From Candidatus Bipolaricaulia bacterium (lineage in GTDB: Bacteria; Bipolaricaulota; Bipolaricaulia; RBG-16-55-9): a DNA stretch of 64,000 bases. The notes beneath the pieces are model-generated. The model had not been told where the DNA came from and made no database searches. It saw only the letters and a program-made list of their open reading frames with translations. Shown here in pieces: positions 1 through 12,419 of the stretch; position 1 is the first letter of the stretch; every line of letters begins with the position of its first letter. The translations under genes were made by a program, and so were the position numbers. The DNA lies in contig JBDGQO010000003.1 of assembly GCA_042219045.1 (NCBI GenBank), positions 114,501-178,500 on the forward strand, written 5' to 3'.

Positions 1-2
1 TT

Positions 3-809
3 ATCATGGGACAAGGGCTCGGTCCCCTGAACAGTGGCCTCACCCAGCGCTGGGCGTATCGAACTCTGCCCAACGCCGAAGCCGCCTTGGTCCGCGACGA
101 AGCCAGCGCGCGCCTCCTGCGGCGCTGGGGCATGCCCGCCGATCGCCGCTTCCGCAGCGCCGATCTCACATTTCTGCACTGGAAGACCCGCCCGAATGGC
201 GACCCAGCAGGCGGACCTGGCCGAGAGCCGGCGTTCGCGGAAACCCCGAACGCTGACCATGCGCCCTATATGCTCGTCGCGCTTCGGGGCGATCACGCGG
301 ACGCGTCTCGAGGGCGCTTGCGGGATTCGCTGCAGGAACTCGTTGATCATTGCGGGATTCGGCCCGCGTTCATGGCCATGCATCGCCACGAGGACCGTGC
401 TCCATTGGAACGCCTCGCGGGCGAGCTCTCGTCCGCGCCGCCGGTGCTCGATCCCGCCAACGTGGAGACGCTGCACTGTTTCCGCGGGGCCGAGATGGTC
501 ATCGGAAGCCGACTCCACGCGCTTATCTTCGCCATGTTGGTCCGCCGCCCCTTCCTGGCGCTGGGGACGGATCGCAAGCTCACGCGCCTGCTGCGCGACG
601 TGGCCGACGTCGGCGGCCCCGACATTCCGCAACTGCCGCTGGCCGGACGTCCGGCCCGTCCGATCCAGCTTGCTGCGGCCGTCGAGGGGGTTCGCCCATG
701 GAACGACCGCTGGGAGGCGGCCGGTGCAACGCTTGCCGATCGCACGCACCAAGCCGTCGACGGGGTTCTGCACCGCTTAGAGGCCATCGTGCACGAGGCG
801 AGCTCATGA
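3..809 (+). CDS. Polysaccharide pyruvyl transferase, CsaB-like (5'-truncated by window edge)
   Basis: GQGLGPL, VRDEAS, ADLTF and IGSRLHALIFA motifs of the PS_pyruv_trans family; frame open to the window start. Confidence 0.8.
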   Translation: MMGQGLGPLNSGLTQRWAYRTLPNAEAALVRDEASARLLRRWGMPADRRFRSADLTFLHWKTRPNGDPAGGPGREPAFAETPNADHAPYMLVALRGDHADASRGRLRDSLQELVDHCGIRPAFMAMHRHEDRAPLERLAGELSSAPPVLDPANVETLHCFRGAEMVIGSRLHALIFAMLVRRPFLALGTDRKLTRLLRDVADVGGPDIPQLPLAGRPARPIQLAAAVEGVRPWNDRWEAAGATLADRTHQAVDGVLHRLEAIVHEASS

Positions 810-1768
810 CCCACGAGCCCGTGTTGCTCGACGAGGCCCTGGACGCGCTAGCGATCCGCAGCGACGGGATCTATGTCGACGCAACCGTGGGCGGCGGCGG
901 CCACGCTCGAGCCATCGCTGGAAGGCTCCAGAGGGGTCGGCTCGTCGGGCTCGACCTCGATCCCGAGGCGATTGCCGCGTCCCAGGCGCATTTGGCCGAC
1001 GTCGACGATCGGGTGACGCTCCGACGGGCGAGTTACGCGGAGCTCGCCCAGGCGCTGGATGAGATGGACATCGAGCGAGCGGACGGGATGCTCTTTGACC
1101 TCGGCCTCTCGTCGCTCCAATTGGCTGATAAGACGAAGGGCTTCAGCTTCCAATCCCCTGGCCCGCTCGACATGCGCTTCGATCCCGACAACTCGCTCAC
1201 CGCCGCCGACATCGTGAATCGCTGGGACGAGTCAACCATTGCTCGGATTCTGCGGGACTACGGCGAGGAGCGCTTCGCCAAGCGGATCGCACGCGGCACC
1301 GTCGAGGCCCGTCGGGAGCAGGCGATCTCGACGACGGATCAGCTGGCGGAGCTCGTCCTGACAGCCATTCCCAAACCTGCTCAGCGAGGATATTACCGGG
1401 GGCGCGACGTCCATCCGGCCACGCGGACGTTCCAGGCGCTGCGGATCGCCGTCAACGACGAACTGACCAACGTCGAGCGCGGGTTATCAGCGGCCTTTGC
1501 GCGGCTTGCCCTCGGCGGCCGATTGGTGGTGATCACGTTCCACTCGCTCGAAGATCGGCTCGTGAAACGATTCATGAAGGGCAAAGCGCAGGGATGCGTC
1601 TGCCCGCCGGATCTGCCCGTTTGTGCGTGTGGATGTGACCCTGAGGCCGAGATCATGGCCAATCAAGCGCCATCGGACGAGCAAAAGCGGCGGAATCCGC
1701 GCGCGCGAAGCGCCCGGTTGAGAGCCCTGCGAAAAATCACTTGGACATCGGCTCAAACTGCGCGATGA
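806..1768 (+). CDS. rsmH: 16S rRNA m4C1402 methyltransferase RsmH
   Basis: [58 protein letters not shown] 806 overlaps the upstream stop. Confidence 0.97.
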   Translation: MTHEPVLLDEALDALAIRSDGIYVDATVGGGGHARAIAGRLQRGRLVGLDLDPEAIAASQAHLADVDDRVTLRRASYAELAQALDEMDIERADGMLFDLGLSSLQLADKTKGFSFQSPGPLDMRFDPDNSLTAADIVNRWDESTIARILRDYGEERFAKRIARGTVEARREQAISTTDQLAELVLTAIPKPAQRGYYRGRDVHPATRTFQALRIAVNDELTNVERGLSAAFARLALGGRLVVITFHSLEDRLVKRFMKGKAQGCVCPPDLPVCACGCDPEAEIMANQAPSDEQKRRNPRARSARLRALRKITWTSAQTAR

Positions 1769-3125
1769 AGTGGCGCAGCGGGCCCGACCCGTGGACCAGC
1801 TTCACGCCGTGTAGGCGCTCCTTCCGATCGGCGATCGCCCCGAGCGCGTCGGCGACGGCATCCAGGTGCTCCTGCGTGTAGACGCGCCGCGGAATCGCCA
1901 GGCGGACCAGCTCCAATTCGGGATAGACCGTCTCGCCCGTGTTGGGATCTTGCCGCGCGAACATGACGCTGCCGACCTCGACGGCTCGGATGCCGGCCTC
2001 GCGATAGAGCTCGATCGTCAAGGACTGGCCCGGAAACGCCCCTTGCGGCAGATGCGGGAGGAACCGTTTGACGTCGACGTAGACGGCATGGCCCCCCACG
2101 GGCTCGACGACCGGGACCCCGCGTCGACGCAACTGCTCGGCGAGGTATCGCGTCTGGCCGATTCGGTGTCGCAGATAGGCGTCGTCCAGCGCTTCGCTCA
2201 GGCCCTGAGCCATGGCGGCCAGATCCCGACCGGCGAGCCCGCCGTAGGTCGGAAACCCTTCCATGAGGATGAGCGACTCCATCGCGCGCTCATGGAGCGC
2301 TTCATCGTCCATGCAGACGAGGCCCCCGATGTTGACGAGCCCGTCCTTCTTGGCGCTGATCAGGCATCCGTCGGCGGTCTCAAACATCTCGCGGGCGATG
2401 CGTTCAATGGAGACGTCGGCGTAGCCGGCCTCGCGTTCCTGGATAAAGAAAGCGTTCTCGGCGAATCGCGCCGCGTCGAGGAAGAACGGCACGCCATGAC
2501 GATGGGCGATCTCGCTGGCGCCCTTGAGATTCGCCAGTGAAGCGGGCTGGCCGCCGCCGCTGTTGTTCGTCACCGTCATCATCACCAACGGGACCTGATC
2601 GGGGCCGTGCTCCGCCAACGTGCGCTCCAGGCGATCGAGGTCCATGTTCCCCTTGAAGGGATGCGCGTTGCAGGGGTCGTAGGCCTCGTCGATGACGAGG
2701 TTGACGGGGCGGCCGCCACGGTGGATGACGTGGGCACGGGTCGTATCGAAGTGCATGTTGTTCGGCACGATCTGGTCGGCATTCACCAGACATGAGAACA
2801 ACACGTGCTCGGCGGCACGCCCCTGATGCGTCGGCAGGATGCATTCAAAGCCGGTGATCCGCTGAACGACGGCGTGCAACTGCTGGAAGCTGCGGCTGCC
2901 GGCGTAGGCCTCGTCGCCGCTCAAGAGCGCCGACCATTGGGCCTGGCTCATCGCGCCGGTGCCCGAGTCCGTCAACAGATCGATGTGCACGTCCTCGCTG
3001 GCCAGCTTGAAGACGTTGTAGCCTGCCGCCTGGATGCGGGCTTCGCGCTCAGCGCGCGGCAACAAATGGACAGGCTCCACGGCCTTGATCTTGTACGGGA
3101 CGAACGGGCGCGAATGTTCCGTCAT
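1737..3125 (-). CDS. tnaA: Tryptophanase (PLP beta-eliminating lyase)
   Basis: [35 protein letters not shown] and AVEVGS are tryptophanase-type rather than TPL-type (LRFF, MERG). Confidence 0.9.
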   Translation of the reverse strand: MTEHSRPFVPYKIKAVEPVHLLPRAEREARIQAAGYNVFKLASEDVHIDLLTDSGTGAMSQAQWSALLSGDEAYAGSRSFQQLHAVVQRITGFECILPTHQGRAAEHVLFSCLVNADQIVPNNMHFDTTRAHVIHRGGRPVNLVIDEAYDPCNAHPFKGNMDLDRLERTLAEHGPDQVPLVMMTVTNNSGGGQPASLANLKGASEIAHRHGVPFFLDAARFAENAFFIQEREAGYADVSIERIAREMFETADGCLISAKKDGLVNIGGLVCMDDEALHERAMESLILMEGFPTYGGLAGRDLAAMAQGLSEALDDAYLRHRIGQTRYLAEQLRRRGVPVVEPVGGHAVYVDVKRFLPHLPQGAFPGQSLTIELYREAGIRAVEVGSVMFARQDPNTGETVYPELELVRLAIPRRVYTQEHLDAVADALGAIADRKERLHGVKLVHGSGPLRHFIAQFEPMSK

Positions 3126-3143
3126 GGCGGAAGTTCCGAGCAG

Positions 3144-4046
3144 CTACGTCTCCGATTCCTGGGCCTCATTGCCTCCCGCAAACGCCTTCAGCAGCTCGAT
3201 CGGCAAAGGCACGACGATCGTGCTCGACTGCTCGTTCGTGATGTCCAAGAGCGTCTGCAGATAACGGAGCTGGATCGAGGCCGGCTGCGACTGGAGGACC
3301 TCGGCGGCCTCGGTCAAGCGCTCGGCGGCCTGGTACTCGCCGTCGGCGTTGATGATCTTGGCGCGCCGCTCACGTTCGGCTTCGGCCTGGCGACCGATCG
3401 TCCGTTGCATGTCCTGGGGAATTCGGACGTCCTTGATCTCGACGGCGCGCACCTTGATGCCCCAGGGATCGGTGTGCTCGTCGATGATCTGCTGCAGCTG
3501 TTGGTTGAGCCGCTCCCGATCGGACAGCAGCTCGTCCAACTCCGCCTGGCCGCAGACGCTGCGCAGCGTCGTCTGGGCCAACTGGTTGGTCGCCTGATAG
3601 AAGTCCTCGACCTCGGTGATGGCCGCATTCGGGTCGATGACGCGGTAGAGCACCACGGCATTGACCGAAACGGTTACGTTGTCCTGCGTGATGACCTCTT
3701 GGGGCGGTATGTCGAAGGTGACGATTCGGAGGCTCACCTTCACCATCTTGTCGATAATCGGAATGAGGAAGAACAGGCCCGGTCCTTTTGCGCCTTGAAG
3801 GCGGCCAAGTCGGAAGACGACGCCGCGCTCGTATTCGCGCACGATCCGTATCGCGCTGGCGAGGATAAGGGCGACGACCACCACTACGGCGATAATCGCG
3901 ATGTTCATGCCACCGATCCCTCCTTGAAGGAAGTCCGAGATCCAGCGCTGGAGCGGTTCAAACTGAAACACGGACCCGGCCAGGATGAGCAAGGTAATCA
4001 GGATTGTCGCCCAGTTCTGGCCGCTGCCGTCGCTTTGATCGCCCAT
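3144..4046 (-). CDS. SPFH/band-7 (slipin/stomatin-like) membrane protein
   Basis: [50 protein letters not shown]; alternative SD-preceded start at ATG 3908. Confidence 0.93.
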   Translation of the reverse strand: MGDQSDGSGQNWATILITLLILAGSVFQFEPLQRWISDFLQGGIGGMNIAIIAVVVVVALILASAIRIVREYERGVVFRLGRLQGAKGPGLFFLIPIIDKMVKVSLRIVTFDIPPQEVITQDNVTVSVNAVVLYRVIDPNAAITEVEDFYQATNQLAQTTLRSVCGQAELDELLSDRERLNQQLQQIIDEHTDPWGIKVRAVEIKDVRIPQDMQRTIGRQAEAERERRAKIINADGEYQAAERLTEAAEVLQSQPASIQLRYLQTLLDITNEQSSTIVVPLPIELLKAFAGGNEAQESET

Positions 4047-4168
4047 AACATCCGATGAATCTCGAAGGCTGAGCTATTATCCGCGATGAGCACGGCGAGA
4101 TCAATGTGTGCCTGCCGAGCGGATTGCCGATCCGTCGACCCAGAGCCTACAATTACGCGGGTGAGTCC

Positions 4169-4936
4169 ATGCGGACACCGTTGATCGCCGCCAATTGGAA
4201 AATGCACAAGACCCGCCCCGACGCGCGATCGTTTTTGCTCGCGTTCAAGCCGTCCGTCACGTCGGTCGCTGACGTTGAGATGACGGTTGCGCCCCCGTTT
4301 CCGTTGCTCGACGCAGCTGCCGAGCTGGTGGCGGCTTCGCCGATCTCGCTGGCCGCCCAGAACGTGCACCCTGAGCCGGAGGGCGCGTTCACCGGTGAGG
4401 TATCGCCCGCCATGTTGGCGGAACTGGCATGCCGCTACGTCATCGTCGGCCACTCGGAGCGCCGCGAGACGTTCGGCGAGGACGACGGGTTTATCAATCG
4501 GAAACTCCACGCGCTCGACGAGCATCGCTTGACGCCCATCCTGTGCGTCGGCGAGTCGTTGGAGCAACGGGAAGCAGCCGAAACCGAGACGGTCCTGGAA
4601 CGCCAGCTCCGCGACGGCCTGGCTGGGCTGTCCAGCGATCGGGTGGCCCGACTGGTGATCGCGTACGAGCCCGTTTGGGCAATCGGCACGGGGCGAACCG
4701 CTGCGCCCGAGGACGCTGAGGCTGGGGCTCGTTTCATGCGGGATCTCATCGTTGACCTTTACGACGACGCCACCGCCCGGTCGGTTCGGGTCCAGTACGG
4801 GGGCAGCGTCAAGCCCGACAACGCGGCCGAGCTCATGGGCCAACCGAACGTCGACGGCGCGCTCGTGGGAGGCGCGTCCCTCGATCCGAATGCGTTCGCC
4901 GAGATCATCCACGAAACCGCGCGAACGCTCGGCTGA
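4169..4936 (+). CDS. tpiA: Triosephosphate isomerase
   Basis: ANWKM, GAFTGEVS, GHSERR, AYEPVWAIGTG, YGGSV, VGGASL. Confidence 0.98.
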   Translation: MRTPLIAANWKMHKTRPDARSFLLAFKPSVTSVADVEMTVAPPFPLLDAAAELVAASPISLAAQNVHPEPEGAFTGEVSPAMLAELACRYVIVGHSERRETFGEDDGFINRKLHALDEHRLTPILCVGESLEQREAAETETVLERQLRDGLAGLSSDRVARLVIAYEPVWAIGTGRTAAPEDAEAGARFMRDLIVDLYDDATARSVRVQYGGSVKPDNAAELMGQPNVDGALVGGASLDPNAFAEIIHETARTLG

Positions 4937-5739
4937 TGCCCGAACTCCCCGAGGTTGAGACGATCCGGCGCGACCTCCTGACGCTCGTCGCGGGCCAGCG
5001 TCTCCAGGGCCTGAGCGTGCATGAGCGCGTCCACTTGCTCAAAAACGCCACTGAGGCCGAACTGACTGACCGTCTGACGGGCCGCGCGTTGGAGACAGTC
5101 GAACGCGAGGGGAAATACCTCGTCTTCCGCTTTGGGGCCGAATCGATGGTGCTCCATCTGCGCATGAGCGGACGGCTCTTGACGCAGGCTGCCGACCACA
5201 CGCGAATGACATTGACATTCGATCGGACGAGGCTCTACTTCGACGATGCCCGCCGCTTCGGCATGCTTTTTCTCTCCACAACCGAGCGACTGCATCAGCT
5301 GGAGCCGTTGGGCAAACTTGGGCTGGAGCCCTTTTCAGACGGGTACACGCTCAACGCGTTCCGCTCGCTCCTGGGCAGCTCCCAGGAGATCAAACGCCTC
5401 CTGCTGGACCAGCACAAGATCGCCGGCTTGGGCAACATCTACGCCTGCGAAGCGCTTCACGACGCACGCGTCCATCCGGAACGGCCCGCCAGCTCCCTGC
5501 GTCCTGCGGAGAGTCGAGCGCTCCACGCGGCCATTCCGGAGGTGCTCCAGCGTGCCATTGACGCCGGCGGCACCTCGTTCCGGTCCTATGAGACGCCGTC
5601 AGGGGAGCTGGGCCACTTCCAGGCCGAGTTCGCCGTCTATGGCCGGAAAGGCGATCCCTGCGATCAATGCGACACGCCCATCGAACGGATCGATCAAGGC
5701 GGCCGCAGCAGCTTCCTCTGTCCCCGCTGTCAACGCTAG
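4936..5739 (+). CDS. mutM: Formamidopyrimidine-DNA glycosylase
   Basis: MPELPEVE N-terminus, HLRMSG, GLGNIYA, C-terminal C-x2-C...C-x2-C zinc finger. Confidence 0.97.
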   Translation: MPELPEVETIRRDLLTLVAGQRLQGLSVHERVHLLKNATEAELTDRLTGRALETVEREGKYLVFRFGAESMVLHLRMSGRLLTQAADHTRMTLTFDRTRLYFDDARRFGMLFLSTTERLHQLEPLGKLGLEPFSDGYTLNAFRSLLGSSQEIKRLLLDQHKIAGLGNIYACEALHDARVHPERPASSLRPAESRALHAAIPEVLQRAIDAGGTSFRSYETPSGELGHFQAEFAVYGRKGDPCDQCDTPIERIDQGGRSSFLCPRCQR

Positions 5740-5758
5740 TTCTGCTGGCGAGATTGCC

Positions 5759-5787
5759 TTGACACGCTCCCGGGGAGGCACTATCAT
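5759..5787 (+). promoter_or_regulatory. Sigma70-type promoter of the hrcA operon
   Basis: TTGACA (5759-5764), 17 bp spacer, TATCAT (5782-5787). Confidence 0.8.
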
Positions 5788-5797
5788 TTTCTCAGGT

Positions 5798-5824
5798 TTA
5801 GCAGTCGATATCGGAGAGTGCTAA
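5798..5824. promoter_or_regulatory. CIRCE element (HrcA operator)
   Basis: TTAGCAGTC-N9-GAGTGCTAA, one mismatch to consensus TTAGCACTC-N9-GAGTGCTAA, directly upstream of hrcA. Confidence 0.95.
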
Positions 5825-5827
5825 TAG

Positions 5828-6877
5828 ATGGACAACCGCAGACAGGTGGTGCTGAAGGCGATCACGGACTACTACCTTAAGCAGGGCCAGCCGATCAGTT
5901 CCAAGACCCTGCTGGAGGACTATCCGCTCGACGTCAGCTCCGCCACGATCCGCAACGACATGAAAGCTCTGGAAGAGGCCAAGCTCATCAGCAAGGCCTA
6001 CAGCTCCGCCGGGCGGGTGCCGACCGAACGGGGGATTCGGTTCTTCGTCGACTGGCTGTTGGAGCTGAGCGAGTTGGCCCATCACGACCAGAACGCCGTC
6101 ATCGAGAGCTATCGTATCCAGCGACAGGACGTCGAACAGCTCCTGGAGCAGACCGCGTTTTTGCTCACCAACCTGAGCGGTTATGCCGGATTTGTGCTCT
6201 CCCCGCGCCTGGAGGATTCGCGCTTGGAGTCGATCGTCTTCGCCAAGCTGGACGCGGAAAACGCCCTGGCGGTGATCGTGTCCGAACTGGGCATCCTCGA
6301 GTACCGCGTGGTCGCCTCGCGGCTGCCCGAGGACGAACTGCGCGATATCGGGGGGATGTTGACCGATCGACTGCGAGGCCAGCGCTTGGGCGAGGTGCGC
6401 GCGGCGGCGATGCGCTACGCCGAGGACGACGACTGGCAGGAGCCCATGGTGCGCAACGCGTTCACGCTGTTGCGAGAGGGGTTGGAGCGGCGCCTGGAGC
6501 GCAAGCTGTACGTGGAGGGGATGATCGAGCTGCTGGAAGGGATGCTCCAAGAGGGCCACACGTTCGACGAAGCCCATCAGACGCTCAGTCGGCTCCGCGA
6601 CGGCCGGCCGCTCAGCGACCATCTCGAACGCGAAGTCTCCGATCAGATTCAGGCCCGCATCGGGACCGAGAACGAGTTGCCGGAGCTGAAGTCCTGCGGC
6701 TTGGTGTTCACGCGCTACGGCACCTCGGGCACGCTCGGCGTCGTCGGCCCGACCCGCATGGACTACAGTAAGGTATTCTCCATTACGAGCTATTTGGCCA
6801 ACCGACTGCAGGCGATTCTGACGCTCAGCCATCGCGAATGGGACCTGACGTTGGAGACGGAGGTGAGCGGCGGATGA
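5828..6877 (+). CDS. hrcA: Heat-inducible transcription repressor HrcA
   Basis: SSATIRNDM, SAGRVPT, GVVGPTRMDY; CIRCE upstream; first gene of the grpE-dnaK-dnaJ operon. Confidence 0.97.
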   Translation: MDNRRQVVLKAITDYYLKQGQPISSKTLLEDYPLDVSSATIRNDMKALEEAKLISKAYSSAGRVPTERGIRFFVDWLLELSELAHHDQNAVIESYRIQRQDVEQLLEQTAFLLTNLSGYAGFVLSPRLEDSRLESIVFAKLDAENALAVIVSELGILEYRVVASRLPEDELRDIGGMLTDRLRGQRLGEVRAAAMRYAEDDDWQEPMVRNAFTLLREGLERRLERKLYVEGMIELLEGMLQEGHTFDEAHQTLSRLRDGRPLSDHLEREVSDQIQARIGTENELPELKSCGLVFTRYGTSGTLGVVGPTRMDYSKVFSITSYLANRLQAILTLSHREWDLTLETEVSGG

Positions 6878-7626
6878 GCAACGAAGCCGCCCAACCCAAC
6901 GAGCGAATGCAAGACGAGACCCTGAACGACCAAGCTGAGAACGACCAGACAGAACAGACCGATCAAACCGACATTTCGGCTCAACGCGAGCAGGAGCCGT
7001 CGTCGTCGCCGGATCAGCCGTCGGACGACGACACCGTTGATACGACCTCGGCCGAGCCGTCGTCGGACGTCGAGGCGCTGCGGGCCGAACTGGACGAGAA
7101 GGATCAGCGCCTGCAGGAGTCGATTGACCGACTGCAACGGCTACAGGCCGATTTTGAGAACTACAAGAAACGCGTCGCCCGGGAGCGCGATGAGCAGCTT
7201 CGCCGGGCGGAGAACGAGATTCTGATGGGGATTTTGCCCGTCTATGACAGCTTTGACCGCGCCTTCCGCGCCTACGAGCTCGACGGCGACGAGTCGGCGT
7301 TCGTCGAGGGCATGGAACGGGTTTTCGCCCAGTTCCGCGACGCCCTGGCGGCTCAGGACGTCCACCCCATCGACGCCGAAGGGCAGCCGTTCGATCCCTC
7401 GCGCCACGAGGCGCTCATGAGCGCGGAGACGGACGAGCACCCGCCGAACACGGTGCTGGAGGCGTTCGAGCGCGGCTACGTCCGCGGCGACGAGCTCCTG
7501 CGACCGAGCCGCGTCAAGGTGAGCCGCCCGCCAACGCCGTCGCCATCATCGGAGGCGGGTGACGATGACGAGGCAACCGACGGACCGGAATCAGAGCCTG
7601 ATCAAGACGAAGGAGGGACGGACTGA
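6874..7626 (+). CDS. grpE: Nucleotide exchange factor GrpE
   Basis: [22 protein letters not shown]...LRPSRVKV; long acidic termini. Confidence 0.96.
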   Translation: MSNEAAQPNERMQDETLNDQAENDQTEQTDQTDISAQREQEPSSSPDQPSDDDTVDTTSAEPSSDVEALRAELDEKDQRLQESIDRLQRLQADFENYKKRVARERDEQLRRAENEILMGILPVYDSFDRAFRAYELDGDESAFVEGMERVFAQFRDALAAQDVHPIDAEGQPFDPSRHEALMSAETDEHPPNTVLEAFERGYVRGDELLRPSRVKVSRPPTPSPSSEAGDDDEATDGPESEPDQDEGGTD

Positions 7627-9503
7627 TGGCCAAAGAGAAGATCATCGGCATTGACCTGGGAACGACGATGTCGGCGATGGGGATCGTCGAAGGCGGCGAC
7701 CCCGAGATCGTGCCCAACGCCGAGGGCGAACGGATCACGCCCTCGGCCGTGGCGTTCGACGACGACGGCGAACGCCTCGTCGGCACGCTCGCCCGTCGCC
7801 AGTCGATCACCAACCCGGATCGGACGATCCAAGAGATCAAGCGCAAGATGGGCACCGACGAGCGCGTCTCGATCGAGGCCGAGGGCGAGACGAAGCAGTA
7901 CTCGCCCGAAGAGATCAGCGCCATGATCCTGCAGAAGCTCAAGGCGGACGCCGAGGATCGCTTCGGCCACAAGATCGAGAAGGCCGTCATTACGTGCCCG
8001 GCCTACTTCAATAACGAACAGCGCCAGGCCACGAAGGATGCGGGCAAGATCGCTGGCTTTGACGTCCAGCGCGTTATCAACGAGCCGACCGCCGCGTCGC
8101 TCGCCTACGGGCTCGACAAGGAGGGCGACTCGACCATCCTCGTCTTCGACTTGGGCGGGGGCACGTTCGACGTGTCGATCCTCGACATCGGCGAGGGCGT
8201 GTTCGAGGTCGTCGCCACCGGCGGCGACAACGAGCTCGGCGGCGCCGACTTCGACCAGCGGGTCATGGACTGGCTCATCGAGCAGTTCCAGAACGAGCAA
8301 GGCATCGACCTTCGCCAGGACAAGGCCGCGATGCAACGGCTCAAGGAGGCCGCCGAGGGCGCCAAGAAGGAGCTCTCCTCCAAAAAGGAGACGACCATCC
8401 ATTTGCCCTACATCACGGCGGACCAGAACGGGCCCAAGCACCTGGAGACCAAGCTGACCCGCGCGAAGTTTGAAGCGCTTGTCGAGGACCTGATCGAACA
8501 GACCATGACCAAGGTGCGCGAGACGCTCAAAGACGCCGACATGGACGCAAGCAACATCGACCAGATCGTCCTCGTGGGCGGCTCGACGCGCATCCCGAAG
8601 GTCCAAGAGCTGATCGACGAGATCGTGCCGGGCAAGATCAACAAGGAGATCAACCCGGACGAGGTCGTCGCGTTGGGCGCGGCCTTGCAGGGCGCGGTGC
8701 TCGCTGGCGACATGGACGACATCGTCCTGCTGGACGTCACGCCGTTGACGCTGTCGATCGAGACGCTCGGCGGCATCGCGACGCCGCTGATTGAGAAGAA
8801 CACGACGATCCCGACGGAGAAGACGAAGACGTTCACCACCGCCGACGACAATCAGACGAGCGTCGACGTCCACGTCGTCCAGGGCGAACGGAAGCTGGCC
8901 CAGGACAACAAGAGCCTCGGGCGCTTCCAGCTCCAGGACATTCCGCCGGCCCCGCGTGGCGTTCCCCAGATCGAGGTCACGTTCAGCATCGACGCCGACG
9001 GCATCCTGAACGTCAGCGCCAAGGACAAGGGGACCGGCAAGTCCGCCAGCATCGAGATCAAGGAGACCTCGCGCCTCAGCGAGGACGAGATCGAGCGCAT
9101 GCAGAAGGAGGCCGAGCAGTACGCCGAGGAGGACGAGCGCAAGGCCGAGGAGATCGAGACGCGCAACCAGGCCGACCAGCTCGTCTACTCCGTGGAGAAG
9201 ACGCTCGACGAGTACGGCGGGCAAGTGAGCGAGGAGACCCGCGAGCAGACGCGCACGAAGCTCGACGAGCTGAAGGAGCTGCTCCAGGACGAGAACGAGG
9301 CGGACATCGAGCAGATCAAGTCGGCCATGGAGGAGCTCCAGCAGGCGTCACAGGAGCTCGGCCAGAAGATCTACGAGCAGGCCCAGCAAGAGGAGCAAGC
9401 CGAGGCCGGCGACGAGGCAACGAGCACCGACGGCACCGGCGATACGTCGTCCGAGGACTACGTCGAGGCCGAGTACGATTCGGAGGACGACAAGACCTCG
9501 TGA
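7626..9503 (+). CDS. dnaK: Chaperone DnaK (Hsp70)
   Basis: [41 protein letters not shown]. Confidence 0.99.
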   Translation: MAKEKIIGIDLGTTMSAMGIVEGGDPEIVPNAEGERITPSAVAFDDDGERLVGTLARRQSITNPDRTIQEIKRKMGTDERVSIEAEGETKQYSPEEISAMILQKLKADAEDRFGHKIEKAVITCPAYFNNEQRQATKDAGKIAGFDVQRVINEPTAASLAYGLDKEGDSTILVFDLGGGTFDVSILDIGEGVFEVVATGGDNELGGADFDQRVMDWLIEQFQNEQGIDLRQDKAAMQRLKEAAEGAKKELSSKKETTIHLPYITADQNGPKHLETKLTRAKFEALVEDLIEQTMTKVRETLKDADMDASNIDQIVLVGGSTRIPKVQELIDEIVPGKINKEINPDEVVALGAALQGAVLAGDMDDIVLLDVTPLTLSIETLGGIATPLIEKNTTIPTEKTKTFTTADDNQTSVDVHVVQGERKLAQDNKSLGRFQLQDIPPAPRGVPQIEVTFSIDADGILNVSAKDKGTGKSASIEIKETSRLSEDEIERMQKEAEQYAEEDERKAEEIETRNQADQLVYSVEKTLDEYGGQVSEETREQTRTKLDELKELLQDENEADIEQIKSAMEELQQASQELGQKIYEQAQQEEQAEAGDEATSTDGTGDTSSEDYVEAEYDSEDDKTS

Positions 9504-9541
9504 CGTCTTGATCGAGCGGTGCCGCTTGATACGCTCGAATA

Positions 9542-9565
9542 GGGGGCGCAGCGGGCTGCGCCCCT
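9542..9565 (+). terminator. GC-rich stem-loop between dnaK and dnaJ (partial terminator or mRNA stabiliser)
   Basis: GGGGCGCAG-CGGG-CTGCGCCCC; no U-tract. Confidence 0.5.
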
Positions 9566-9604
9566 CTGCCCGATATCCGGCCGGAATGGCATTGAAGGGA
9601 TACC

Positions 9605-10686
<1,082 letters not shown>

Positions 10687-10711
<25 letters not shown>

Positions 10712-11319
10712 CCGCCGTCGTCCGCTGCGGACGACGACAGCCGGACGAGTTCGCGACCCACCTCGTCCAAGGCACGGCGCCGGTGGCTGATCTCGCTCTT
10801 GACGCCGTCGCCCAGCTCCGCAAGCGTCGCTTGGTGGCCCTCGGGCACGAAGACGGGATCGTAGCCGAAGCCGCTCTCGCCGCGTTTCGTCGTGGCAATC
10901 TCGCCTCGGAGCTCGCCCTCGGCGACGGCTTCCCCATGATCGGCGCCGATGTGGAGCACGGCCACACAGACGAACCGAGCCGCGCGATTTTCAACGCCGT
11001 CCAGTTCGTTGAGAAGTTTGTCGATGTTGGCGTCGTCGGAGGCTTGTTCTCCCGCGAAACGAGCTGTGTAGACGCCGGGGGCGCCATCGAGCGCGTCCAC
11101 CTCAAGGCCGGCATCCTCGGCCAGCACAGGCCGTCCCGTCTCCGTCGCGATCTGCGAGGCCTTCAGGCGGGCGTTCTCGAGGAACGTCTCGCCCGTCTCC
11201 GCCACATCCCCGAACGGCACGTTTTCGAATGTGAGCAGCTCCAGGCCGGCAATGTCGCCTAGGATGTGGGTGATCTCGGCGATTTTGCCGCGATTCCGCG
11301 TTCCGAGCAGCAGTTTCAC
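10687..11319 (-). CDS. rdgB: Non-canonical purine NTP pyrophosphatase (RdgB/HAM1)
   Basis: [46 protein letters not shown] start. Confidence 0.95.
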
Positions 11320-11342
11320 GGTCGCACGCCAGCTGGCCCTCG

Positions 11343-12407
11343 TTACGTGCCCTGTTCGCGGCGCGTGACCAGCTCCTGCACGCCCTCGAGGTCAAGCTCT
11401 CGAGCGAAGTGGCACGCGGAGTAGTGTTCCCCCTCGATCCGTTCCAGCTCCGGCACGTGGTTGGTGCAGACCTCCCAGCCGTGCTCGTTGTAGTAGGGGC
11501 AACGCGGATGGAAGACGCAGCCCGAGGGCGGATTGACAGGGCTCGGCACGTCGCCCTTGAGCAAAATCCGCTCCAGTTGGTAGTCCGGGTCCGGGGAGGG
11601 GACAGCCGACAGCAGCGCTTCCGTGTAGGGGTGCTTCGGGTTCTGGAACAGTTCCTCGGTTTCGGCCATCTCCGCGACCTTGCCGAGATACATCACGGCG
11701 ATGCGGTCGCTGATGTGGCGGACGACGCTCAGGTCGTGCGCGATGAACAGATACGTCAGCCCAAACTCCTTCTGCAGGTCCATCAACAGATTGATGACCT
11801 GGGCCTGGATGGAGACGTCCAGGGCCGAGACGGGCTCGTCGCAGACGATCAGATCGGGGTCAAGCGCGAGCGCGCGGGCGATGCCGATGCGCTGGCGCTG
11901 CCCGCCGCTGAACTCGTGCGGGTAGCGCTTGATATGGGAGGGGTTGAGGCCGACGGCCTCCAACAGCTCGCGCACGCGGGCCTCGCGCTCCTTGCCCTTG
12001 GCCACGCCGTGCACGACCAGCGGCTCGCCGACGATGTCCCCGACGGTCATGCGCGGATTCAGGCTGGAGTAAGGATCCTGGAAGATGATCTGAATCTGGC
12101 GTCGGAGGTCCTTCAGTTGGCGCGGGGACAGATCGGCCAGGTTGATCTCCTCGTCCCCGTTGCGGAAGATCACTTCGCTTCCCGGATCGGGATCGATCAG
12201 CCGCAGGATGGCGCGTCCTGCCGTCGTCTTGCCGCAACCGGACTCCCCCACCAGCCCGAGCGTCTCGCCGCGGTTGATGTGGAACGAGACGCCGTCGACG
12301 GCCTTGACGTGGCCGACGGTGCGCCGGAACACACCCTTCTTAACCGGGAAATATTTCTGCAGACTGTTGACGGTCAGCAATGCCTCGCCGTTGGCCACCT
12401 CGGTCAC
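11343..12407 (-). CDS. Oligopeptide/dipeptide ABC transporter ATPase (OppF-like)
   Basis: [41 protein letters not shown]-terminal Cys cluster. Confidence 0.95.
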   Translation of the reverse strand: MTEVANGEALLTVNSLQKYFPVKKGVFRRTVGHVKAVDGVSFHINRGETLGLVGESGCGKTTAGRAILRLIDPDPGSEVIFRNGDEEINLADLSPRQLKDLRRQIQIIFQDPYSSLNPRMTVGDIVGEPLVVHGVAKGKEREARVRELLEAVGLNPSHIKRYPHEFSGGQRQRIGIARALALDPDLIVCDEPVSALDVSIQAQVINLLMDLQKEFGLTYLFIAHDLSVVRHISDRIAVMYLGKVAEMAETEELFQNPKHPYTEALLSAVPSPDPDYQLERILLKGDVPSPVNPPSGCVFHPRCPYYNEHGWEVCTNHVPELERIEGEHYSACHFARELDLEGVQELVTRREQGT

Positions 12408-12419
12408 CTCGCTTGCCCG

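Noticed and set aside
1737..1768. Convergent 3' overlaps (rsmH/tnaA, dnaJ/rdgB, recO/dinB) as antisense regulation
   Set aside because: Short tail overlaps are common in compact GC-rich genomes; no further evidence
1737..3125. Tyrosine phenol-lyase assignment
   Set aside because: Diagnostic residues (LRHF, no MERG) favour tryptophanase
7602..9224. Long antisense/alternative-frame ORFs (opposite dnaK, the GAF protein, leuS, oppF and others)
   Set aside because: Shadow ORFs expected from high GC3 codon bias; the opposite frame carries the recognisable proteins
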